The notes: generated by a model not told the origin, from the letters alone. Positions 1 through 6,452 are shown, counted from the stretch's first letter. The stretch: 32,000 nt of DNA from Dickeya dadantii NCPPB 898 (GCF_000406145.1 NZ_CM001976.1:2012161-2044160), one strand, 5' to 3'. A program made the numbers and translations.

Positions 1-852
1 TTGTTGGTAGTAATCATTCCAGTCGGCTTTTTCAGTGGTGGGCGGGAGCGCGACCCAACCGTTTACCGCCAGTGCCGCTTTTTCAGCCGCGATTTTTCCC
101 GTGTTGTTACCATCGGGTTTACGATCATTATCCGCAGCAAGGATGATTTTGGCATCCGGCCAGACAGCACGGCAAGACCGCGCAACGTGAATCAGATTCC
201 CGCTATCTAATGCGCTGATAGCGACACCTTGCATCAGTAACGATGCCGTAATTGCCGTGGCGTAACCTTCGGCAATGATCACTGTGTCCGTGTGTTCAGG
301 TAGGGTATTAACGGGAATGAATGCACCTTTCTTGCGGCTACCGGCAATCAACTTTTTCTCGCCATTAGGTTTGATTAGCTGTGCGCCGGTGGGAGTGCTA
401 CCCATGTTTTGCAGCACCAGCAACAGAGAACCATCATCTAAGAGTAGTGAGGATCGTTGCAGCCCCTTATTCAGCAGATAGGCAGATTGGCCGGATACCG
501 CTTTCGACACCAGCGAATTCACCCGTTTGATAATCGTGCGATTATCAGGCTTCTCACTGGCGGGCGTAACGACCGGCAACGGAAGCGCCAGCACCTCAGC
601 GACCTGTTCCGCTGCTTGTCTCGCGCCACACTTATTCACTTTCATCACCAGATTTAGTCCGGTTCCTGCACCGCAGTGAGAACAAAAATAGGTGCCTCGA
701 CCTTCTTTATCGTCAAAACGGTAGCGGGTATTCCCGCCACAGTTGGGACATTCACTTTCCTGCCGATTGGTCGGGATGCCTAACCGCTGCAAAATCCCCT
801 CCCAATGGTCGTTGGCTTTTGTCCGCACGTCTTGAATAAACGTGTTGCTCAT
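1..852 (-). CDS. P4 alpha-type DNA primase, N-terminal part (zinc ribbon + Toprim); 3' end beyond the left window edge
   Basis: Absent from the ORF track because it runs off the edge. My translation from the ATG at 852 reads MSNTFIQDVRTKANDHWEGILQRLGIPTNRQESECPNCGGNTRYRFDDKEGRGTYFCSHCGAGTG. This is a CxxC...CxxC zinc ribbon. Later come TVIIAEGYATA and ILAADND, the Toprim Glu and DxD. The frame stays open to position 1. The start forms an ATGA overlap with the upstream ORF. Confidence 0.8.
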   Translation of the reverse strand, partial: MSNTFIQDVRTKANDHWEGILQRLGIPTNRQESECPNCGGNTRYRFDDKEGRGTYFCSHCGAGTGLNLVMKVNKCGARQAAEQVAEVLALPLPVVTPASEKPDNRTIIKRVNSLVSKAVSGQSAYLLNKGLQRSSLLLDDGSLLLVLQNMGSTPTGAQLIKPNGEKKLIAGSRKKGAFIPVNTLPEHTDTVIIAEGYATAITASLLMQGVAISALDSGNLIHVARSCRAVWPDAKIILAADNDRKPDGNNTGKIAAEKAALAVNGWVALPPTTEKADWNDYYQQ

Positions 853-1016
853 GCGGCCTCGTCCTCCTGCGCTCGGTGGAGCGCATCAAGCCGCTCGGCA
901 AGAATGAACATCAGGATCTCTTTTGCCTGCGGCTCCCTTAACTCCATGATGGCATAAGCCAACGCACGACACTGATCGATCAGTTCTTCCTGCTCCAGCG
1001 GCGTGTTATCAAACAT
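849..1016 (-). CDS. Hypothetical small protein (55 aa), translationally coupled between the Icd-like gene and the primase
   Basis: This is the C-terminal 55 aa of track ORF 849..1676 (MFDNTPLEQEELIDQCRALAYAIMELREPQAKEILMFILAERLDALHRAQEDEAA). An AGGAGG lies 6 nt upstream of the ATG. The stop overlaps the primase ATG. The sequence looks helical and acidic, and I recognise no family. Confidence 0.5.
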   Translation of the reverse strand: MFDNTPLEQEELIDQCRALAYAIMELREPQAKEILMFILAERLDALHRAQEDEAA

Positions 1017-1209
1017 GGCGCACCTCCTGGGCGGGAAGACGAGCAGCGAAAGCGAATGTGAAACATGGAGACAGCATTTGCCGTGCTTCCTGCTCTGAAT
1101 AGGATTCAACGGATAGGCGACAAAACGTTTTTGCCTGCGAAGAGTAGGGCAGTACCAGAAAGCGATACTGAAATTTAAGGCGAGTTTGGGTAGACTGTGA
1201 ATCAGCCAT
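1009..1209 (-). CDS. Icd-like (host cell division inhibitor-like) small protein
   Basis: 66 aa ending in SEQEARQMLSPCFTFAFAARLPAQEVRHV. This resembles the conserved C-terminus (...EARR.L...F.L.FAARLPV.E...) that I recall for Icd-like proteins of P4-like islands. AAGGAG lies 7 nt before the ATG. The gene overlaps the next ORF by 8 nt. Confidence 0.55.
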   Translation of the reverse strand: MADSQSTQTRLKFQYRFLVLPYSSQAKTFCRLSVESYSEQEARQMLSPCFTFAFAARLPAQEVRHV

Positions 1210-1298
1210 GACGTTACTCCTTTTAACGCTGTGGTCAGAAGCCCGGTATGTGTTGCTGCACTGCCGGGCTTCGTTATGTTAACCTTGAATTCAATCAA

Positions 1299-1339
1299 GG
1301 TGTGCGCACAGGATAGTTCTTGGTGTGCGCACACGTCAA
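1299..1339 (-). promoter_or_regulatory. Sigma70-like promoter of the icd-like/primase operon with two identical palindromic operators
   Basis: On the minus strand the promoter reads TTGACG (1339-1334), an 18-bp spacer, then TATCCT (1315-1310). GGTGTGCGCACA (palindromic core TGTGCGCACA) occurs twice, at 1322-1333 inside the spacer and at 1299-1310 over the predicted +1. Confidence 0.5.
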
Positions 1340-1398
1340 GCGCTTTAAATTTCAATTTTTCAGGCAGAGTACCGTCAGTGTCTTTAACGGAGTTAGGC

Positions 1399-1590
1399 AT
1401 GGCTACAGGCAATAACAATAGTAAATCCACTAAAAAGGGAATCCGTTTCCCACACGAACTTATTGATGAAATTGATGCCAGTGTAGCGCGTGAAAAAGTA
1501 GACAATCCCAACGCTAATTTTTCTGCGTGGGTATTGGATGCCTGCGGACGTAAGTTAGAGGCGGAAAAAGACGATAAATCAAAACCGTGA
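1399..1590 (+). CDS. Small ribbon-helix-helix-type DNA-binding protein (possibly YlcI/YnfO DUF3950-like); candidate island repressor
   Basis: Internal ATG of track ORF 1231..1590, with GGAG 7 nt upstream. 63 aa: MATGNNNSKSTKKGIRFPHELIDEIDASVAREKVDNPNANFSAWVLDACGRKLEAEKDDKSKP. The beta-strand (IRFP) followed by two helices is typical of RHH proteins. The gene is divergent from the operator-bearing promoter. Confidence 0.55.
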   Translation: MATGNNNSKSTKKGIRFPHELIDEIDASVAREKVDNPNANFSAWVLDACGRKLEAEKDDKSKP

Positions 1591-1729
1591 TTTGAGCGTT
1601 TTTCTAAATAGCTGATGTGCTGATTTTTGGCGTAACAATGCCCGTTCCAGCCAGCGCCAGATTTTTGGATCATCATATTTTTTGATTCCGATATGCCGCT
1701 ATCGCGGCAATAAAAATGGATGTGTTGGC

Positions 1730-1945
1730 TTATGCGGTTTCGGTTTGCTGGTCACGTTCGGCAATGCGTTGCCTCAACCAGTCGCTAACTTCATCCTCGA
1801 ACCAGCCTACGCGCCGTAAGCCAACCCGAAACCCTTTGGGGAATTCTCCGGCATTGATCATTTCCTGAAAGCTGCTGTCCGAGCTAACGCGCAGAATGGC
1901 TTTCACTTCTTTCTTTAACAGGATTTTTCTGTCTAACAGGTTCAT
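1730..1945 (-). CDS. alpA: AlpA-family phage/island transcriptional regulator (excisionase-like HTH)
   Basis: MNLLDRKILLKKEVKAILRVSSDSSFQEMINAGEFPKGFRVGLRRVGWFEDEVSDWLRQRI matches the AlpA pattern (HTH followed by ...VGW.E.E...WL..R). I chose the ATG at 1945 because GAGG lies 9 nt upstream. The track ORF starts at 1963. Confidence 0.8.
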   Translation of the reverse strand: MNLLDRKILLKKEVKAILRVSSDSSFQEMINAGEFPKGFRVGLRRVGWFEDEVSDWLRQRIAERDQQTETA

Positions 1946-2050
1946 AGCGATATACCTCATCAATGACCGGTCGTATCCGGTCGATGAGGCTATTCAATAA
2001 CAGAGTGAGGGAATTGGCATCGCAACGAAAAATAGATTTTCGCTGCAAAT

Positions 2051-2935
2051 TTAACAGTTTGATTTATAAAACTTATTCGATTCTGAAAAGTAGTTATCCA
2101 GAGTGCGGCTTTTGATGTTCTCCGTATTCTCGACTATTTCTAGCTTCAAGCTATCTTGTGTCCATCTTTTTGATTTGGTCGATGTATTTTTTAGTGCATC
2201 AATAATCGCGCCAATAACGAAAAGGCTTTCATTCAGATTGAGATCGGTATATTCATCCAACTGCTGCTTTTCAAATTGCTCAATATTTACGCGACGAAAT
2301 ACAAATTCGACATCACGTAACCCATCTGCGGGATAAAACGATGAGTGATAATTATCTGGTGTTACGAATTCTTTTCTTTTTTCATCAAATAATCTTAGCT
2401 TTCCTGCATCATCCATTTTGTATCCAACAGCTTTCTCAATGAAAGGTTCGACTATGCTGATATATCGTTCGTCATCAATTAAAAATGGTCCATCCAGATT
2501 AATAAAGGTTGCTGGCTCTCTTCCTTGGTGAATAGAACAAAGATGCAAAACATCCAATACTTCAGCCCCTATCATCGGTAGATCATAGATGCCTGTTTCA
2601 AGGCGAAACACTTCCCCATATCGAGACATGCGTATAGGCATCCTATTTGATATTGTCTCAAGTGCATCATCCAACACATGAGGATTTTCCTTAAGCATTC
2701 CTTTCTCTAATAAGAATTCGTTAAACCCTGCTAAAAGATCTTTGCTAAGAGGGCTCTTTTTTTCAGCCCACATACCATAGCGATTTTTTTCTATTAACGC
2801 TGAAATGATGATGTGACCATCAAGTGCAAGTTGAAGACAGTCTGCAATGGATACTTCTTCCTGAAAGCTGGTGGTCAGTCTGCGGGCGGTTTCTTCTAAT
2901 GTTAACCACTCTTTGAGCTTAAACAGCTTTTTCAT
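2051..2935 (-). CDS. Orphan 294-aa protein of unknown function, strongly AT-rich, in the int-alpA slot
   Basis: Clean 885-nt ORF with GGGAG 5 nt before the ATG. Spot GC of 37-40% compares with about 60% in the adjacent int. The N-terminus (KEWLTLEETARRLTTSFQEEVSIADCLQLALDG) looks HTH-like. By eye there is no TM segment, P-loop or nuclease/kinase motif. Confidence 0.8.
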   Translation of the reverse strand: MKKLFKLKEWLTLEETARRLTTSFQEEVSIADCLQLALDGHIIISALIEKNRYGMWAEKKSPLSKDLLAGFNEFLLEKGMLKENPHVLDDALETISNRMPIRMSRYGEVFRLETGIYDLPMIGAEVLDVLHLCSIHQGREPATFINLDGPFLIDDERYISIVEPFIEKAVGYKMDDAGKLRLFDEKRKEFVTPDNYHSSFYPADGLRDVEFVFRRVNIEQFEKQQLDEYTDLNLNESLFVIGAIIDALKNTSTKSKRWTQDSLKLEIVENTENIKSRTLDNYFSESNKFYKSNC

Positions 2936-3028
2936 GATGCTCCCTATCAGTGAATCTTGTGCCAGTTGACGGAGAAAAGCATTCAGGTATGGGGTTCTCG
3001 GTTCTGCCTGTTTTCACCGGATAACGAC

Positions 3029-3082
3029 ATTTTAGGAGGGCAATTAACAGGAATCAATAATTAACTGTATATAAATACAGTG
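3029..3082 (-). promoter_or_regulatory. Predicted SOS-regulated promoter of the orphan gene: LexA box plus sigma70 -35/-10
   Basis: AACTGTATATAAATACAGTG at 3063-3082 has the CTGT-N8-ACAG core and matches the E. coli LexA consensus TACTGTATATATATACAGTA at 17/20 positions. On the minus strand TTGATT (3057-3052), a 17-bp spacer and TAAAAT (3034-3029) follow. Confidence 0.6.
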
Positions 3083-4333
3083 TCAGCTATTGGCGATGCG
3101 TAATCCTCTGGCTCCTTCCGACGCCATGACTTTTCCCGTTGCGGCTGTTTCCACAAATTCCCCCCACCAGCACATCAATACCTTGCGTTGTTCCAGATAG
3201 GTGGAGCGGTTATAGGCGCGGCGTACTTCGTTAGTATCAACGTGGGCGAGGGCGGCTTCGATCACGTCTGGCGAGAAGCCTTCTTCATTGGCGGCGGTGC
3301 TGAATATGGCGCGTAGGCCGTGGGATACCAGCACGCCTTTGTACCCCATACGGCGCAGTGCGGCGTTAGCGGTCTGGCTGTTCATCGGCTGCTTAGGGTC
3401 TTTACTGGAAGGAAACAGGTATTCCCGGTGGCCGCTGATGGGCTTCATGGCGTCCAAAATGGCTAATGCCTGCGGGGGCAGGGGAATAACATGCTCACGG
3501 CGCATCTTCATGCGGCCGGCGGGGATTGTCCAGGTATTCTCTGTAAGGTTTATCTCGCTCCAGCGGGTTTCAGCGGCTTCGGCAGGGCGGGTAACGGTCA
3601 GTAATTGCCATTCGATCAATAAACGAGTCTGTAGCTCTATGCTGGCGACCGATAGCGTTTTCATCAGGCCAGGTAATGCCTCTGGCCGGATAGTCGGCAT
3701 ATGGGTTTTCACCGGCGTCTGAAACGCTTTGCGGATCTTCGCCGCCGGGTTAGCCGGTATCAGGCCGGAATTAACGGCATAGTCCATCACTTCGTTAATC
3801 CGCTGGCTTACCCGCTTGACGGTTTCCAGTTTGCCGCTGGCCTGTATCGGTTCCAGCGCGGTGATGAAGTGACGAGCGGTAAGCTGGGTGATCGGTAAGG
3901 TTCCGATGAACGGGAAGACGTATTTTTCCAACGAACGCCAGATATCTTTAATGGTGTTCTCGGCCAGAGGTTGGGATTTTTTCACTTCGTACCAGTCAGC
4001 GGAGACTTTGGCGAACGTGTTTAGGTTGATGGCTTGCTCTTGTTCGCGCTGCTGTTGCTGGTGGAATTGCGGATCGATGCCTTTACTTATCAGCGCCTTT
4101 GCTGCTTCACGCCGCTGTCGGGCTTCGGCCAAAGAAACCGCTGGGAATGAACCAAAGCTGATTAATGCACGTTTCTTCGTATCAGGGCGGTAATAATTAA
4201 AGCGCCAGATTTTAGAGCCGCTCGGTTTCACCAGCAGATACAACCCATCCCCGTCCTGTAGCGTGTATTCCTTTTCGGCAGGTTTGGCGGCTTTGATCTC
4301 GGTATTGGTCAGTGGTGTAGTTATACGAGCCAT
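3083..4333 (-). CDS. int: P4-type tyrosine recombinase/integrase (DUF4102 N-terminal arm-binding domain + catalytic domain)
   Basis: 416 aa. The N-terminus MARITTPLTNTEIKAAKPAEKEYTLQDGDGLYLLVKPSGSKIWRFNYY is the hallmark of P4-like integrases. The C-terminus has HGLRAIFST...LAHVDTNEVRRAYNRSTY (HxxR ... Y). The gene is adjacent to a tRNA 3' end. Confidence 0.95.
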   Translation of the reverse strand: MARITTPLTNTEIKAAKPAEKEYTLQDGDGLYLLVKPSGSKIWRFNYYRPDTKKRALISFGSFPAVSLAEARQRREAAKALISKGIDPQFHQQQQREQEQAINLNTFAKVSADWYEVKKSQPLAENTIKDIWRSLEKYVFPFIGTLPITQLTARHFITALEPIQASGKLETVKRVSQRINEVMDYAVNSGLIPANPAAKIRKAFQTPVKTHMPTIRPEALPGLMKTLSVASIELQTRLLIEWQLLTVTRPAEAAETRWSEINLTENTWTIPAGRMKMRREHVIPLPPQALAILDAMKPISGHREYLFPSSKDPKQPMNSQTANAALRRMGYKGVLVSHGLRAIFSTAANEEGFSPDVIEAALAHVDTNEVRRAYNRSTYLEQRKVLMCWWGEFVETAATGKVMASEGARGLRIANS

Positions 4334-4387
4334 CGTAGTTATACGCTTTTGTAGTTATATGGGGCGGTATAACTAAGCGTATAACTA
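4318..4387. repeat. Five copies of the 8-bp motif TAGTTATA / TATAACTA around the int start and int promoter (candidate Int arm-type or regulator sites)
   Basis: TAGTTATA(C/T) occurs on the plus strand at 4318, 4336 and 4352. The inverted form TATAACTA occurs at 4368 and 4380. A minus-strand TTTACA-17 bp-TACGCT promoter (4404-4376) overlaps the two inverted copies. Confidence 0.6.
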
Positions 4388-4432
4388 AACTTTCCGGCTG
4401 TAAACGGGGTATCCCGATAGATAACAGGCAAC

Positions 4433-4463
4433 AAAAAAAACCGCAAACTCAGTGAGAATGCGG
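4433..4463 (-). terminator. Rho-independent terminator downstream of tRNA-Pro
   Basis: The minus strand reads CCGCAttCTCactGAGttTGCGG followed by T8 (A8 at 4433-4440 on the plus strand). Confidence 0.7.
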
Positions 4464-4511
4464 GTTCTTGTGGGGTTTCCGGTAGTAAACGATACTAACC
4501 GAATATGTATT

Positions 4512-4588
4512 TGGTCGGCACGAGAGGATTTGAACCTCCGACCCCCGACACCCCATGACGGTGCGCTACCAGGCTGCGCTACGTGCCG
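4512..4588 (-). tRNA. proL: tRNA-Pro (anticodon GGG)
   Basis: The reverse complement is CGGCACGTAGCGCAGCCTGGTAGCGCACCGTCATGGGGTGTCGGGGGTCGGAGGTTCAAATCCTCTCGTGCCGACCA. This gives a 77-nt cloverleaf: 7-bp acceptor stem CGGCACG/CGTGCCG, anticodon loop AUGGGGU, T-loop TTCAAAT, encoded CCA. It matches my recollection of E. coli proL and sits downstream of yejM as in E. coli. Confidence 0.95.
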
Positions 4589-4603
4589 ATGCTATGGGCC
4601 GCT

Positions 4604-4631
4604 ATACTACCGTTTCCTGACCCGATTGCAA
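4604..4631 (-). promoter_or_regulatory. Candidate proL promoter
   Basis: On the minus strand TTGCAA (4631-4626), a 16-bp spacer and TAGTAT (4609-4604) are followed by a GC-rich discriminator (AGCGGCCC). The element lies about 15 nt before the mature tRNA 5' end. Confidence 0.4.
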
Positions 4632-4666
4632 TAGCCGCCCCAAACGACTGCTTTAGATTTAGGCAG

Positions 4667-6439
4667 TTAGTTGGCAATAAATCGCCGTTCAGTCGTCAGT
4701 ACCTGTAAGAGCAGCCCCAACTGGGGTTTTTCGTTTGGCAAAACCTTGCCGCTGGCGTCGTAAGCGCGGTAGTTGCCGTTGCGTCCCAACACAATAACCT
4801 GCTGTGGGGTGATGATGGTCAGCGCATTGCCGTCACCGTTGAGCAGCCAATTGGTGCGCCGCTCGGCGCTGAACAGATCCTCACCCTGAGAGTAATCATC
4901 GGTTGCGGTTTTCACATGCAGCAGACGCTGCATCAGCGTGGTCATCACGTCTTTCGGGTCGGTCATCTTGCTGATGGTTTGCGCCGGGGTATCCGGCCAG
5001 TGTACCACCAGCGGCACCTGACGATGCTCACGGTTCATCGGCGACGGGTCGTCGTCTTTGAGACGTTCAGCGCTGCTCTGTTCGGCCGTAATCACCACCA
5101 CCGTCTTGTCGAGCAGGTTTTTCTCGCGCAGCGTCGTGATGATGCGATCGATCTGTTCATCAATGCTGGCGGTGCCTTGACGATAACGGCGCTGCTGTTC
5201 GCTGGCCGAAACCGGACGGCCGTTGCTGCCTGCTTCGCTGTGGTTGAATTCGATAAACGAGAACCAGGGCGAGCGAGCATCGGTATTGTTGTCCAGCCAT
5301 TTGGTCCACTGGGTGGTAATGGTCTCATCGCTCTGCGGTTGCGCCGGCGGCAGCGAAAAGTCGGACAACAGTGCCTGACGGTAAAGCGGGCTGCTGAATC
5401 CGCTGGCCGAGAACAGGCCGAACTGGTAGCCCTGGCGGCTCAGCGCATTGATCAGCGCCGACGGTTTGCTGCTGCCCAGCACGCCATCCATGTAGGTGGT
5501 GGAGATCCCGTAGAACAGGTTGAACAGACCGCCATCCTGCTGGGTTCCGGCGCTGAAGTGGTTGCTGAAGCGTACGTTTTCTTCAGCGAAGCGCGCCAGA
5601 TTGGGCATGGAGCGGGGCGTATCCTGATCCGGCACGCTGTCCATCACCACCAGTAGCAGGTTGTAACCGCTGCCGGCGTCGCGGAAGTTGATGTCGCTGA
5701 GTGGGTATTCCACCGATACCGCATCCGGGTTGCCTTGCAACGTCAGACGACGTTCATACTCCTGCGCGTTGAGCAGGCCATGTTTTTCCAGGAAACGACG
5801 CGCCGTCATCGGGTAGGACAGCGGCAGATTGGCGCGCTGCATGGTAATCGGGCGGTAGAAGTTGGCGTCCGCCCAGATATACATCAGGTGAGACAGGCAA
5901 AACGCCACGATGAATACCGCCGCCAGCGGTTTGGCGAAATGACGTCGCCCCAAGCTGCGCAACTTTTGCCAACACCAGGTGCCGAACAGCATCTCCACCA
6001 TGAAGATCACCGGCACGCTGATAAACAGCAACTGCCAGTCGCGCACCATCTCGCTTTGTTCCGGGTTGGTTACCAGTTCCCAGACGGTCATGTTCAGGTG
6101 CAGATGAAAGCGGCTGAACACCGCGGCATCGACAATCAGCAGCGTCTGCCCGGTGGTGGCGAGCGCGGCGGACAGGAAGCGCAGCAACCGCTGCGACATC
6201 ACAATAAATGTTAGCGGGAAGATAATCAGCAGGTAGGCCGAAAATCCGATAAAGCTGAAATGCCCCAGCCAGCTCACCAGCGAATAGACTCGCCCGGCCA
6301 GCGACGACGGCCAGTCGGCAACGAACAGATAGCGGCTACCCAGCCCCAGTGCGAGCAGAATGTTGAACAGGGCGAACCAGTGCCCCCAGCTAATCATCTG
6401 GGAGACTTTTTCACGGTAGCGCGGACGGTTGGTTACCAT
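4667..6439 (-). CDS. yejM: Inner-membrane LPS-homeostasis protein YejM/PbgA/LapC (5 TM + sulfatase-like periplasmic domain)
   Basis: 590 aa. MVTNRPRYREKVSQMISWGHWFALFNILLALGLGSRYLF...LLLQVLTTERRFIAN is collinear with E. coli YejM (586 aa) along its whole length. Confidence 0.95.
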   Translation of the reverse strand: MVTNRPRYREKVSQMISWGHWFALFNILLALGLGSRYLFVADWPSSLAGRVYSLVSWLGHFSFIGFSAYLLIIFPLTFIVMSQRLLRFLSAALATTGQTLLIVDAAVFSRFHLHLNMTVWELVTNPEQSEMVRDWQLLFISVPVIFMVEMLFGTWCWQKLRSLGRRHFAKPLAAVFIVAFCLSHLMYIWADANFYRPITMQRANLPLSYPMTARRFLEKHGLLNAQEYERRLTLQGNPDAVSVEYPLSDINFRDAGSGYNLLLVVMDSVPDQDTPRSMPNLARFAEENVRFSNHFSAGTQQDGGLFNLFYGISTTYMDGVLGSSKPSALINALSRQGYQFGLFSASGFSSPLYRQALLSDFSLPPAQPQSDETITTQWTKWLDNNTDARSPWFSFIEFNHSEAGSNGRPVSASEQQRRYRQGTASIDEQIDRIITTLREKNLLDKTVVVITAEQSSAERLKDDDPSPMNREHRQVPLVVHWPDTPAQTISKMTDPKDVMTTLMQRLLHVKTATDDYSQGEDLFSAERRTNWLLNGDGNALTIITPQQVIVLGRNGNYRAYDASGKVLPNEKPQLGLLLQVLTTERRFIAN

Positions 6440-6452
6440 AAACGGGCCGGTA

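Larger units (their letters stand above)
1..4511. mobile_element. Integrase-bearing island (P4 / CP4-57 / PICI-like satellite-type module) inserted at the 3' end of tRNA-Pro; left end outside the window
   Basis: A tyrosine integrase lies directly downstream of the tRNA 3' end. It is followed in the same orientation by an orphan gene, alpA, an Icd-like gene and a P4-alpha-type primase. In E. coli K-12 nothing like this follows yejM-proL (from memory). Confidence 0.8.

Noticed and set aside
1399-1590. RHH gene as the antitoxin of a toxin-antitoxin pair
   Set aside because: No toxin-sized ORF is co-oriented and adjacent. The downstream gene is convergent alpA and the upstream region is the divergent operator region. 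A repressor role fits better.
849-1676. 275-aa minus-strand ORF in the track spanning most of the island's regulatory region
   Set aside because: It runs straight through a divergent promoter/operator region, the antisense of the RHH gene and the out-of-frame Icd-like gene. Only its last 55 codons (849-1016) have an RBS and translational coupling. The rest is treated as a read-through artefact.
2103-2336. 77-aa plus-strand ORF antisense to the orphan gene, a possible second component of a two-gene system
   Set aside because: It has no RBS and a Ser/Phe-rich low-complexity translation typical of the antisense of AT-rich coding DNA. The 294-aa minus-strand frame is far the better gene.
4452-4634. 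60-aa plus-strand ORF
   Set aside because: It overlaps the tRNA-Pro gene and its terminator on the opposite strand, so it is not a plausible gene.
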